A DNA stretch of 64,000 bases from Antedon mediterranea (taxonomy: Eukaryota > Animalia > Echinodermata). Position numbers and translations under genes: made by a program. Shown in pieces: positions 40,146-53,134 of this stretch. The notes beneath the pieces were generated by a model. It worked only from the letters and a program-made list of their open reading frames with translations. It was not told where the DNA came from and did no database searches. Location of the stretch: the NCBI RefSeq assembly GCF_964355755.1, contig NC_092672.1:16306001-16370000 (forward strand), in the 5' to 3' direction. Every line of letters starts with the position of its first letter. Positions within the stretch are counted from its first letter, which is position 1.

Positions 40146-40400
40146 TGGAGCTGTGGCTTGGTGGTTATGATGCTTGGCTACCAATCTAAGGGTCCTGGGT
40201 TCAAGTCCTGTCATATGTCAGGGTTTTTTTCTCATGAAAATTTACAACTCCACTCCCAAAGACTTAATAATAAGTCTTTGTTTATGTAGAGCATCTTGTG
40301 TATATGTTTGTCTTGTGAAATTATTAAATAGTTTATCCATCCTGTAATTGGCGGGTTACTCGCTGTTGGATGAGTATGAAATAAAAAAAAATAAAAAAAT
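40146..40400 (+). mobile_element. tRNA-derived SINE
   Basis: A box TGGCTTGGTGG, B box GGTTCAAGTCC and an A-rich tail. Absent from the homologous right arm near 46320. Confidence 0.75.
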
Positions 40401-41650
40401 AATGAAATGTTTTTGACCTTTGAACTATTAGTTAAATATAATAATATAACTCTGACAATTTTGGTCTTATGACATTTTTTTTCTTTTTAAATTGTTTAAA
40501 ACATGTGTGTTTCTATCCAGTCTAATGGCACATTTTGTACAAGAATGGCCGATAGTATGGTTATTGACCTTTAAACTACAGCATAGGCCTACTGTATAAT
40601 AAATATAATATAATTGCATAACTATGAAATTATTTATACACAATAATAATTAGTAAAATTATAAAATTCACTGCCATCAAATATGATGTATTATGATTTA
40701 TATAGATTAAAAAAAAAATTAACATGCATTTGGAAATTACCTGCCGTCAATATGATGGATTATGATTATAGATTTAAAAAAGAATTGTAACACGTCAGCT
40801 ACATTTGGAAATTTGGAAATTACCTGCTATCAATATGATGGATTATGATTATAGATTTAAAAAAGAATTGTAACACGTCAGCTACATTTGGAAATTTGGA
40901 AATTACCTGCTATCAATATGATGGATTATGATTATATATTTTTAAAGATGTGAACATGTCAGTAACATTTGGAAATTACCTGCCATCAATATGATGGATT
41001 ATGACTATAGATTTTTAAAGATGTGAACATGCCAGAAACATTTGGAAATTACCTGCCATCAATATGATGGATTATGATTATAGATTTAAAAAATAATTTG
41101 AACACGTCAGCTACATTTGGAAATTTGGAAATTACCTGCTATCAATATGATGGATTATGATTGTATAGGTTTGAAAGAAAATGTGAACACGTAAGCTACA
41201 TTTGAAAATTACCTGCCATCAATATGATGGATTATGATTATAGATTTTTAAAGATGTGAACACGTAAGCTACATTTGAAAATTACCTGCCATCAATATGA
41301 TGGATTATGATTATAGATTTAAAAAAGAATTTGAACACGTCAGCTACATTTGGAAATTACCTGCCATCAATATGATGGATTATGATTGTATAGGTTTGAA
41401 AGAAAATGTGAACACGTAAGCTACATTTGGAATGAACATGTTAAGGGCATCATTTTTGATCATTCATGCAAAGGTTTCCGTCATCTTTAGCGTTCTTACA
41501 GCAGCATAAAGCTGTACATGGTAGTTTTGACTTCTTGCACCTACATCTATATGGTTATACATCATGTCTTGCATCCACAATAAATCATCTGTAACGAATC
41601 AGTAGGAATAGCTTCATTTTTCAGAAGCACTGGTTGAAGTTTACCATTAG

Positions 41651-43901
41651 CAGTGGCGTATCCAGTAGGGGGCCGGGGGGCCCGGGCCCCCATGATTTCG
41701 TTTCCGTCGGCACATCATCGCGGCCGTCGCGGCCGTCGGCAAACAAAGGTGCCGGGGAAAAAAATAAACTATTTATTCTGACAATAATTGAACTGTAAAC
41801 ATAATTCTTTTGAGTGTTTGTTTATTTACATATCATATCATCATTGATCCCTTCAGATCAACTATTTTTTATTTTCATTACATCTAACGAAACACGTAAA
41901 AAATGTGTAGCACGTACGTACGGCCGTACGCGGTAGATTGTTTACTCAAAAATCTTTGACCTTACCCTAAAACCTTGTTTTTGCATGCAGTTGAGCCTCT
42001 CATGACCTGGGATTTGTAGGGTATCACGAAACCTAAGACCACGAAAGCTAAGACCCCCTAAGACCTAAGATCACGAAAGCTAAGACCCAAGACCTAAGAT
42101 TACAAATATTTATCTTTCGCACCTGCCTTGTATTTTAACTCCCAACATTTATTCTGAATACCACACCTTAGAATTGGCACTTTCATGAAAAAGAATCACA
42201 TAAAAAGTAACAAATACATTTTTAAATTGATGATTTTACAGACGTTTTTCTCGCACACAAAATGACTAGCCTACAGTTAGTAGGCCTACCCCATGTTCAA
42301 TGTTTTTGTTTCTATGGAACGTCAAAAGAGCAAAAATTATATAGAGGGAACAATGTAAAATTAAAATTGTTATGATAATAGTATAATCATGCTAGTACGA
42401 AGAAATAAATACTCGCAAATAAAATTTAATTTAAAAATCATGATAATAAGTTTTTTTGTTTCGTTTTCTTTCTGTTTTTTTACTTGTACTATTATTGTTG
42501 CTCTTTTGGCGCTCCATAGAAACAAAAACATTGAGCATGGGAGGAGTTACAGTATACAAAGAAACACGTCTGTAAAATCATCAATTTAAATGATTTATTT
42601 ATTTGTTTTTATGTGTTTCTCCTTCTGAAAGTACTTATATAAGTCCTAATTTTAAAGTGTGGTATTCAGGACAAAGTCAGTTAACAAATTTGGAGTCAAA
42701 ATACGAGAAAGGCAGGTGCGAAAGAAAAACATCCTCTGAACCAACACAATGGAGTAAATATAGGCCTATACCAACAAACAACCCGTCAAGTTTGTTTGTT
42801 GTAAAGAAAAAATGTACATTTACTCAACGGGCGAAAATAACGTGAGTTTATCTATGTTTTGCGGTAGTATTTAATTATATTTATGGTTATAAATGAAACC
42901 TACTATATTTAAAATTATGTATGGATAAACAAGTATTGTTTTTAAGCTGTAGTATATCTTAGAATTTGTAATCTTAGTTCTTGGGTCTTAGCTTTTGTGA
43001 TCTTAGGTCTGGGGTTCTTAGCTTTCGTGGTCTTAGGTTTCGTGACACCCGGGATTTGTATATATATAGTTCCACATGCCATGTGCTTTTTTGTCTAAGA
43101 TATATTTATTATAAGTGCAAAAAACCCGTTTTTTTTTTCTCGATATGAGGCCTTTATTATTCAAAATTTTTAAAGAAAAAGCACATATACCATAAAAAAT
43201 ATCCATGTATTTCATTTTTGGAACAGAATATTCCATGAGGCTCAACTACAAAACCACCATTTTGTGATATGATGTCATCGTAAGCCAATCAAAGCTGAGC
43301 TTTTTTGCGATTGGCATTGCTCACGGTTGAATGATTTAGGATTCTAGCTGATTTGATTGGTGGATGCGAATCACCCGCAGCGGAATGTTTTCTCTCGCGC
43401 GTGTACCATGAATCTCTCTGATCGTTACTACACAAAGTTAGAGCAATGAATTTGTCCGAATTCCGTTAAGTAAACAACTTTATATATTTAATAACATGTT
43501 TTATTGATATTTCCAATGGTGATATATAAAATAAATTACTAAAAAACGTAATTATATGTAATTATTTTAACCAAAAATGGCGTAGTTAATAGAATTGTCG
43601 ACTGAGGCCGCAAATTGTTTTACTTCTTTCGTGGCTAAAAACGATCATTTTCGGCGATGTTTTAGACCCTATATTTCGAAAACTACAAATCAGATTTTCC
43701 TAATTCTTTCTTTATTGTAATATGAATACAACATACTAACAGATAATGTTGGTTTGGTTTTAATTTTGCATCGTTATCCCCGGATATAAGACAATATGAC
43801 TACGTAATCCTTGATCAGAGACGTCGTGTATGTACACCAATTTTGTCGGCAAATTGGCAATTCCCGGCCCCCCCAACTTCAAAATCCTGGATACGCCACT
43901 G
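41651..43901. mobile_element. hAT-type non-autonomous element, 8-bp TSD
   Basis: ACCATTAG-CAGTGGCGTATCCAG..CTGGATACGCCACTG-ACCATTAG. It splits the Academ reading frame at WELSNG|KLQPV. Confidence 0.85.
42019..43050. mobile_element. Mutator-like MITE with 10-bp TSD
   Basis: GGGATTTGTA at 42009-42018 and 43051-43060. TIR GGGTRTCACGAAACCTAAGACC with CTAAGA subrepeats. Confidence 0.85.
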
Positions 43902-44428
43902 ACCATTAGATAGCTCCCAACCAAAATCTGTTGGTAATGGCAAATGCTGGATTGGCGATACAGCTTTTTTCCATACGAGTGATTGGAAGTGTGCTCTTTT
44001 TATATGCTGGTGCACTGAAAATAAAGCAGATCTGGCACGATTTCTATCAGAGGAGTTGATTCGTCAAGCTCCTATAGACAAAGAAATTGTCACAGCTGGT
44101 GGATTTATGGGAGAATCAGTTGTTAAATCATCAAAGGTCTACACGACGAATACGTTGTCTCTGGTAGCAGATCATGAAGAAGCGGACACGTGACTTGTCA
44201 TGCTGCCAATGTCCGATACGACACAGTTGTAGTTGCTTCTAGGGGGATACAGACGTACTAGTGATTCTAGTGTCTCACTACCAAAGCATGGTATCCAAAT
44301 GGATGATGACAGGGACATCCAAAAAAAGAAAGTATCTATAGAAGACATTTTTCAAGCCTTGCCGGATGGTTCTGCAAAAGCACTGATTCCATTCCACACT
44401 ATTAGTGGATGCGATACTACCTCATATC

Positions 44429-44483
44429 CAGGGAAGAGTTAAATTACATTAATACATACATACAGTAATTTAACTCTTCCCTG
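44429..44483. mobile_element. TIR-only remnant with filler DNA (probable P-superfamily footprint), 8-bp TSD
   Basis: CTCATATC-[CAGGGAAGAGTTAAATTAC attaatacatacataca GTAATTTAACTCTTCCCTG]-CTCATATC. Removing it restores TTSY|LSGHSK. Confidence 0.7.
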
Positions 44484-44533
44484 CTCATATCTAAGTGGTC
44501 ACTCAAAGGCATCGGCATGGGAAGTATTAAAAA

Positions 44534-45408
44534 ACAAGGCCAACAGCCATTAAGTCGCGTGCTACAATGCATAATGATACCGGACCGACAGACAGACCGA
44601 CAGACAGACCGACCGACATAGTGAACTATAGTCGGTTAAAAAGGCATAATTTTGACGAATTTTTTAACTTTTTCATCAAAAACGTGCGCAAATTATCCAA
44701 TTCGACGTGCTCGTATGACGTAATTTTAAGTCGAAATTGTTTAAAAGATGGTAAAATTATTAGAAAAGGCTGCAAAAACATAAATGTCGCGAAAAAAGTA
44801 TGTATTTAACGCTACGTGCGCACCACGCGCGTAAAAATTTGCGCGCGTATGGGAATTTTTGACATGCTCAAAATGACAAGAAACGCGTAGAAAATTGATT
44901 AAAAATGAATTTTGCGCATTTTAAAATTTTAAATGCGCGTGCGCGCGTAACTTTGTGGCTTTGTGACTCATGGCAATTTTGTAAACGCTTAAAATTGCCT
45001 GAAACGTACTCTTATTTCATCGAAAATAAATTGTGAAAATTTTAAGCGCGCGTACGCATGCGTTACATGCGCTACGCACGTAATTGTATTGCCATATGAT
45101 GATTTATGCCCTGAAATTTATGAGTACCAAATTTTATTTAATTGTGATTCATGGTTGTGAAGATATGATTACAAACGTGATTTCGTTAAATCGTGCGTAG
45201 ACCGCGTAATTTTTTATTGCGCACCGTGAAAACATAACCACATCGATTCCTGGAATATACTGCGAAAAATTGACTTAGCTAGATTAAACTGATATCAAGA
45301 TAAGATCAGAAAGCGATAAAACGCATAGTGATACCGGACCGACAGACAGACCGACAGACCGACCGACCGACATAGTGAACTATAGAGTCGCTTCCACGCG
45401 ACTAAAAA
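44534..45408 (-). mobile_element. Helentron-associated (DINE-1/HINE-like) element
   Basis: Subterminal inverted AGTCGCGTG/CACGCGACT, (GACA/GACC)n tracts, terminal hairpin and A-tract insertion site. Confidence 0.75.
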
Positions 45409-46724
45409 TTATGAACTAATTAAAGACCTGGGAGAAAACCTATCAGTGACCAAGTTATTATGAAATAAAAAAAAAACAAAAAACAGAGGCATTACCTCCA
45501 ACAAGCGATGCAGTGCACCAACATATAAAAAGAGCAGACTTTGCATGAATGATCAAAACTGATGCCCTTAACATGTTCATTCCAAATGTAGCTTACGTGT
45601 TCACATTTTCTTTCAAACCTATACAATCATAATCCATCATATTGATGGCAGGTAATTTCCAAATTTCCAAATGTAGCTGACGTGTTCAAATTCTTGTTTA
45701 AATCTATGATCATAATCCATCATATAGATGGCAGGTAATTTTCAAAAGTAGCTTACGTGTTCACATTTTCTTTTAAATCTATACAATCATAATACATCAT
45801 ATTGATGGCAGGTAATTTCCAAATTTCCAAATGTAGCTGACGTGTTACAATTCTTTTTAAAATCTATAATCATAATCCATCATATTGATGGCAGGTAATT
45901 TTCAAATGTAGCTTACGTGTTCAAATTCTTTTTTAAATCTATAATCATAATCCATCACAGTGATGGCAGGTAATTTCCAAATGTAGCTGACATGTTCACA
46001 TTTAAAAAAATCTATAATCATACTCCATCATATTGATGGCAGGTAATTTCAAATTTCAAATTTCAACAAATGTAACTTGCGTGTTCAATTTTTTAAAAAA
46101 ATCTATATAAATCATAATACATCATATTTGATGGCAATGAAAAGAAAAACAAATTCATAAGACCACAATTTTCAAAGTTATATTATTATTATATTATTAT
46201 ATTTGACTAATAGTTCAAAGGTCAATAGTTGTAGAATCGGCCAGTTTTTGTAAAAACATTTCATTATAATAAATATGAATGTATAGTTTCTGAACAATTT
46301 GAGCCCTATTTCGTGTCTCTCCGATTATTGGTTACTGAGATACGATAAATCAAGGTCAAAGGTCAAAATGTCAGAAATAAGACTTGCATCCATTTTTTAT
46401 GAAAATGTGTCATTAAAGTGAATATAAAAACATATATTTAAAACAATTTGAGACCAAAATTAATTATCTGTGACTAGTGGTTCTCGAGATATAGGGTAAT
46501 TATAAAAAATGGCCGCCATTTTTAATTATGCAAATTAAGGGCTTAGATGGCCGAATATCGCTTGGGATCCGCCATATTCGTAATGAAATATCCTAAATCA
46601 AGTGGATCCCAGCTTTTACCCAAAAATGCTTCTTGATTCGTTTTCTAGGCCGTTTTTTTAGAAATGGAACCTGTCTACTACTTTATAAGCATTTTTTCCA
46701 AAAAAATTTTTTCTCAAATTGACC

Positions 46725-47180
46725 GGAAACCCCATTTTCAGCAATTTTGACCTTTGACCTTTTTTCGCCATATCTAAGTAACGGCAGGTCGGAGAGAATT
46801 AAAACTAGAAGCAAATTGTTCCCAAGATATATATTTATATTCAGTTTAACAGAAGATCTTGCTTGAAAATGACCGGAAGTGTGGTTATTGACCTTTGACC
46901 TCTTTTCGCCATATCTAAGTAACGGCAGGTCGAAGAGAATTAAAACTAGGAGCAAATTGTTCCCAAGATATATATTTATATTCAGTTTAACAGAAGATCT
47001 TGCTTAAAATTGACCGGAAGTGTGGTTATTGACCTTTGACCTCTTTTCGCCATATCTAAGTAACGGCAGGTCGGAGGGAATTAAAACAAGGAGCAAATTG
47101 TTTCCAAGATATATATTTTTATTCAGTTTAACAGAAGATCTTGCTTGAAAATGACCGGAAGTGTGGTTATTGACCTTTGA
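46725..47180. repeat. About 141-bp tandem repeat, about 3 units
   Basis: GACCGGAAGTGTGGTTATTGACCTTTGACC..TAACGGCAGGTCG recurs. Confidence 0.85.
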
Positions 47181-47319
47181 CATAAATTTATAAGTTTATT
47201 TATTCTAATTTCTATTATTATAATAATATAAATTTATAAATATTTGTCGTATGGAGCCAAATTTGGTGTCAAATTTTTCACAATTCATATGTTTATACTT
47301 GGCATAATGCAACATTTTT

Positions 47320-47900
47320 TTGAAAATGTGCTTAAAAAGAGCCACTGACTGTGCATCTTTAATGCAGTTTGGAAGAGAATTCCAAAGCATAGGAGCTGCA
47401 TAAGATAATGCACGGTGACCATATGAAATGGTCTTCACTTTAGCAGGAGACGATTCTCAGAATTGGAACGAAGACTGCGACAAGAGGATTTTGTAGCCGC
47501 GTAAAAACGAAACATTGACGTTCGATTGGATTTGCCGTCGCTGGACCGGACCCGTGCCGGAGCAGGTGTGAAAGGCCCTTTATGTGGTCTCTACACTTAG
47601 TTCGACACACTAGACGGGAAGTACTATTTTGTAACATCTGCAACTTCCTAGGCAGGGTCTTGGGCAGTGCGACATGAATACTGTTACAGCAGTCCAGACG
47701 TGATGATATCAAGGCATGCACAAGTCGTGTAGTTGTTTCCCTATCCAGAAATCTACAAATTAGACCAATCTTCCTAATCCCAACCATAGCAGAACGATGG
47801 CATTGATGTTAGTATCCATCTGCAAGTGGGCATCCATGTAAACCCCAAGATTTCGAACTTCTGGGGATGGCTTAAGATCTAATACAGAAGATGGTTGTTG
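47320..47900 (-). pseudogene. L2/CR1 LINE 3' fragment with a small insertion at about 47430-47580
   Basis: RNLGVYMD, LVHALISSRLDCCNS, LQMLQNSTSRLV and YGHRALSYAAPMLWNSLP. Confidence 0.8.
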
Positions 47901-49189
47901 CAATTGGCAGAGATTTTCGGAATCGTGATGTAATATGGAAGCATGCAGTAGAAAACCACTGAAGGGTCTAAATAGATGACCTGCTGTTTGTTCATTTTAG
48001 TAAAATCCATATGGATTCCTTAAGGATCGAGAGTGCAGGCAGCATTATTCCATGAACTCACAGTGTCACCCAGTATATTTCCAATATAGGGCTTTATGTA
48101 GCCCCGGTCAAATATTGAACCCAGAAAAGATCAATGGAGGACCGTGGGGTTAATTTGGGTAAATCAATAAATATTCCTTAAGGATCGAGGGTGCACAGGC
48201 AGATTTATTCCATTGACATATCTATATGAACCCACATTTTCATCCCATTATACAGTATTTCCAATATAGGGCCTCTTGTAGCCCCAAATAGAGAACCTAG
48301 AAGGGTCCATGGAAGATTGGCCCTTGGGTTCATTTGGGCAAATCCATAATCAAGATCAAGGGTGCACATTTAGTTTTATTATATGGTCCAATCTATGAAC
48401 TATTTATCCCATATTAATTACTAATAGTAATACAGGGTCTTATGTAGCGCACCACATAGAGATCCCAAAAGGGTCCTTAGAGGGTTCATTCGGGCAAATC
48501 CATATGGGTTAAGTTTTTCGTGTTGGGTCAGACTATATGTGACCAAATGTTTTACCCATTTCCATAATACAGAGCCAGTATGGCCCATAGAGAACAGATA
48601 AGATCTGATCCCATAAGGATACCATATAGCATGTAAGATTAAGAGGAGACATAATTAACTTTTTGGGATAAGGGTACTTTATTATACAAGAACAAAATAT
48701 GTGAGGTCAGAAGACATAATTAACTTTTTTTGATAGGGATACATTATGGGTGAGTATGGGTGTGTGTTTGTTTTGTGTGTGTGTAATCGCGTTTTGTTTC
48801 GAACGTTAGTTAATATTATGGCTCCTCCCACTCAGACTTGCCTTTTGGATTTTGCCACCTTCTTTTGCTTTCTATTTTTTATTACATAGAATTAAAATTT
48901 TGACATTCTTTTAATGATTCTCTGATGAAAGTTATGATTTGTATGTTACATTATATTTTTTTAAACCTTATTATTACGTTTCATTGTTGTTCTTTATTAT
49001 GTTTCTATTCTGCAATTGAAGGAAATAAATGTTTATTTTGAATTTGAATTTATTATACAAGAATGCAATATATGATATGATATATGAGATATTCAAATAT
49101 GTAATTGGGATAAATGTTTTTCAGCATTGAATAAAGCTTTTTTTTTGAGGAAAATTTACAATATATATGAATATGCCCATTAGAAACTT

Positions 49190-49705
49190 TAAGTCTCTAC
49201 AACCAAGGTCTTCAGAATACAGCTTCATGACCATCTAAGGTCATGATTTTCCACCATTTCTAATTCATTTTTTATAATGTACTTTATTACAAGAAATATA
49301 AATATGTATATAAGAAACATTTTGATGCCAAAAGTAAGTCTCTAGGACCAAGGATCGCCGAGATACATGTGTTATATGTCTTAAAATGTCAAAGGTCATT
49401 TTCCACCATTTCTAATAAAGTTTTGAAAAAATACTTAATTATAGGAAATATAAATATGTATATAAGGAACATTTGGGTGCCAAAACTAAGTCTCTAGGAC
49501 CAAGGATCACTGATATACACCTGTTATATGCTTAAAAGGTCAAAGGTCATTTTCCACCATTTCTAATGAATTTTTAAAAAAATACTTCATTATAGTAAAT
49601 ATAAATATGTATATAAGGAACATTTTGGTGCCAAAACTAAGTCTCTCGGACCAATGGTTACCGAGATACATTGTCATATGGCTTGTAAGGTCAAAGGTCA
49701 AATTT
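49190..49705. repeat. About 150-bp tandem repeat, 3-4 units
   Basis: AAGTCTCTAGGACCAAGGATC..AAAGGTCATTTTCCACCATTTCTAA recurs. Confidence 0.8.
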
Positions 49706-49755
49706 AACCACTTTCCCCAGCCCCTGACTTCTGGAGAAATTTTTGGGTGTATATT

Positions 49756-49890
49756 GATTCAAGATTCAAGAAATTTTATTTGTCCATAAAAATGGAAATT
49801 CACTTTAAAAAGTAGAATACAACAGCAAATATAAATTCAAAATTTAACGACACGAATTTACCAAGCAGGTCGCCACAGTGCAGCGCCACC
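49756..49890 (-). mobile_element. 135-bp bipartite LINE derivative (LINE-like head joined to a LINE tail)
   Basis: Head GGTGGCGCTGCAC matches the LINE 5' end at 33260. Tail is AATAAA plus (TTGAATC)2. Confidence 0.45.
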
Positions 49891-50959
49891 ATAATCCTTT
49901 CCAGACATTTTACTTGGTACTTTTTGTGGTTGATTGATACGAAAATCGATCGAAAAGTCTATTGGTATGTGATAGAGTATGAATCTGCAAAAAAACCTTT
50001 GTTAATAATTTTTTTTCACAGAAAATTCATGATATTCCCTAACTATTCTTTAAACATGTCCCAAAATCCTTTTTCGTTTCTGTGTAAAGCTGTTTTTTTC
50101 TCCTCGTCTCTTTCAAATATCCTATGTTTCTTTTTAATTTTGGTTTTATAGACTCTTTTGCTTTCTACATATTCTTTAAGTAGCCAATCAGTTCTGTTCT
50201 CTATGAATTGGTTGAGGTTGCGTCGCATAATGGAACGTGTATGTCACGTGGCATTCATTATCGAACAATGGCTTGTCTACGTTTCGTATATTGTCATTGC
50301 TAATGAATATGCATGATTTACCTTTCTTTCCAAACTCTAGCAAGAATGCTGTGAGATCCGTTACGGAGTTTTCACTCGTGTGCGAGTCTGCTTCTAAGTT
50401 ATTAATGGTTTCTTGTGCGTGTTTTCGTTCCGTAATTTCTTTGTCGATATTGATTTCTGCGTCGAATACTATCTTTTCGCTGGTTGTGCATTATTCGCAT
50501 GTATGGTTCTCTACTTGATTTCTGCGTTTTAACTTCAATTGAGAAAGATATTGCTAGATCAAGTCAAGTCAAGTCAAGTATCATTTATTATCATTTGTTT
50601 TAAGAAAGAACATAGAAATTATGTTTGCTCTGTTGGCGGAGCACAATATCCAAAGAACACAATACGAACTCAAAAACAAAAACATTACAAAAATGTGTCT
50701 ACATTATGTTTAAGGGTCTAATAGCTCCTGGGAAGAAGTATCATAGTGTCTACATGAACATTCTAGAATAAGATGTTTTGATTTAAGAAACCATGTATAA
50801 TTAATAAGAACAATCAGGAACATTCCAGTAGTGGTATTTAAATAGTAGTCCATGGGCTGGAGGGGGGTTACCGTGCACCCTCCCCCCCCCACATTAAACT
50901 TCTTTGGTATCATTTTCTTCCCACGGACATATAGAGTGAAAAAATCGATGTTAACAAGA

Positions 50960-51772
50960 ACAAGGCCAACAGCCATTAAGTCGCGTGCTACAATGCATAG
51001 TGATACCGGACCGACAGACAAACAGACTGACAGACAGACAGACCGACAGACAGACGGACCGACCGACATAGTGAACTATACTGACCGAAATTACTGAACA
51101 TGTTTAAAAATGTTGAAATGTTTAAAAACATTTATATTTTTTTAATTTACACGTGCGTAGCCTGTCACATTTGACGTGCTCGTATAACGTAATTTCGAGT
51201 TGAAAATTAAGTCAAGAAAACAGAAATCGGGCAAAAAGTGTGCGCAACAACATTTAACGCGCAGTGCGCGCGCAAAAATCTGCGCACTCATGGCAATTTT
51301 GTAAACGCTTAAAATTGCCTGAAACGTACTCTTATTTCATCGAAAATAAATTTTGAAAATTTTAAGCGCGCGTACGCATGCGTTACATGCGCTACGCACG
51401 TAATTGTATTGCCATATGATGATTTATGCCCTGAAATTTATGAGTACCAAATTTTATTCAATTGCGATTCATGGTTGTTAAGATATGATTACAAACGTGA
51501 TTTCGTTAAATCGTGCGTAGACCGCGTATTTTTTTATTGCGCACCGTGAACACATAACCACATCGATTCCTGGCCATAAAGAATATTCTGTGAAAAATTG
51601 ACTTAGCTAGATTAAACTGATATCAAGATAAGGTCATAAAGCGACAAAACGCATAGTGATACCGGACCGACAGACAGACAGACAGACCGACAGACAGACC
51701 GACAGACAGACAGACAGACAGACCGACCGACCGACTTAGTGAACTATAGAGTCGCTTCCACGCGACTAAAAA
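50960..51772 (-). mobile_element. Helentron-associated (DINE-1/HINE-like) element
   Basis: Same ends, microsatellites and body as 44534-45408. Confidence 0.75.
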
Positions 51773-52602
51773 TATAGGGATGCATTGTATGTACTTGCGT
51801 CATTTGTAATGATCATCAGTGTTTTATCTTCAAATATTTTTTGGGGTAGGGGGTAACATTTATCCTAATAACTCAAGAATCCAACATCTAATTAGTATTA
51901 TCTTAGTAACATTGTGTAGCATACATCTTTTAAAATCTTTTAAAATTAAATAAAATTAATCGAAAGATTTTTAAGGTCAGTAGAGGTCAAAAGGTCATTG
52001 ACCTTTTGCAAAATGCAAATTTTTCCCAAAATATTGATAAATTTCAATATCGTATCTACAATTTTCAATATTTTTTATCTTAATTGTGTTTTACTTGTGC
52101 TTACTGACATATTGAATAAGAAAATATATGTTAACAAGATAAAAATTGCAGTTCATTATATACAAATTGTTATTTTTTATTGTTAAAAATTGCAATAAAA
52201 ATACATTTTTTGGGGTAGGGGGTAACAATAATAGCAATAACCCAAGAATCAAACATCTAATTAGTATGATCTTGGTGTCGTTGTGTAGCATTCATGTTTT
52301 TTAATCATATAAAATTTGAATAAAATTAATCGAACCATTTTAAAGGTCAGTATAGGTCAAAAAGGTCACTGACCTTTTGCAAAATTGCAAATATTTGCCA
52401 TGAGATACATTTCAATACCAAATCTCCAATTTTTTCAATATTTTTCATTTTAATTGTGTTTTACTTGTGTTTACTGACATTGAATAACAAAATGTGTGTT
52501 AACATGAAAAAAATTGCAGTGCATTAATACCATTGTCATGTAATTTTATTATTCTTCAAAATTGCAATAAAAAGTCATTTTTGGGGTAGGGGGTAGCATT
52601 AA

Positions 52603-52848
52603 TGTACTTGTTAATTGTATGACCCACTATACGACCCCTGGGAGAGGTGCATTTTGACGCACTGTGACCATGTTGTTTATGATATGGTGGGTGGTAAAGT
52701 GACGGACATTGACACACCTTGTTCATTGATGTGACGTACCATCTAGGTTTTTTGACGCACCCCTGTTTCAGTAATTATTTGTAAATGACGCACCCATGAC
52801 GCACCTCTCCCGGGGGTCGTATAGTGGGTCATACAATTGACAAGTGCA
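52603..52848. mobile_element. PIF/Harbinger-type MITE, TAA TSD
   Basis: TAA-TGTACTTGTTAATTGTATGACCCACTATACGACCCC and its inverse, then TAA. The empty site is seen in the sister unit near 54525. Confidence 0.8.
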
Positions 52849-53134
52849 TAATACCAATAACCCAAGAATCAAACATCTAATTTAATAGTACGATCTTGGT
52901 ATCAATGTGTAGCATATATGTTTTTGTAATCATGTAGAATTTAAATGAAATTAATCGAACGATTATTAAGGTCAATGGAGGTAAAAATATAAATATTTCA
53001 ATATCAGATCTCCAATTTTCGATATTTTTTTATTTGAATTGTCTTTTACTTGTGCTTACTAACATATTGAATAAGAAAACGTGTGTTAAGATAAAAAATG
53101 TCAGTACATTGTATAAAAATTGTCATTTTTGTAA

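Larger units (their letters stand above)
39784..46680. mobile_element. Academ-derived fold-back element with kb-scale inverted arms and XPG-like/Cys-rich gene relics
   Basis: 39784-41475 is inverted at 45540-46680 and ends CTACTA. Arms carry 73-83 bp tandem units. + strand relics: ADHEEADT, ALIPFHTISGCDTTSY and LPPTSDAVHQHIKRA. - strand relics: HQHIKRAHFQSLVWK..PTDFGW and MIYCGCK. Confidence 0.75.

Noticed and set aside
47950-48630. Degenerate CCCATA/TATGGG repeat block as a defined transposon
   Set aside because: Repetition is visible, but I could not identify termini or a TSD.
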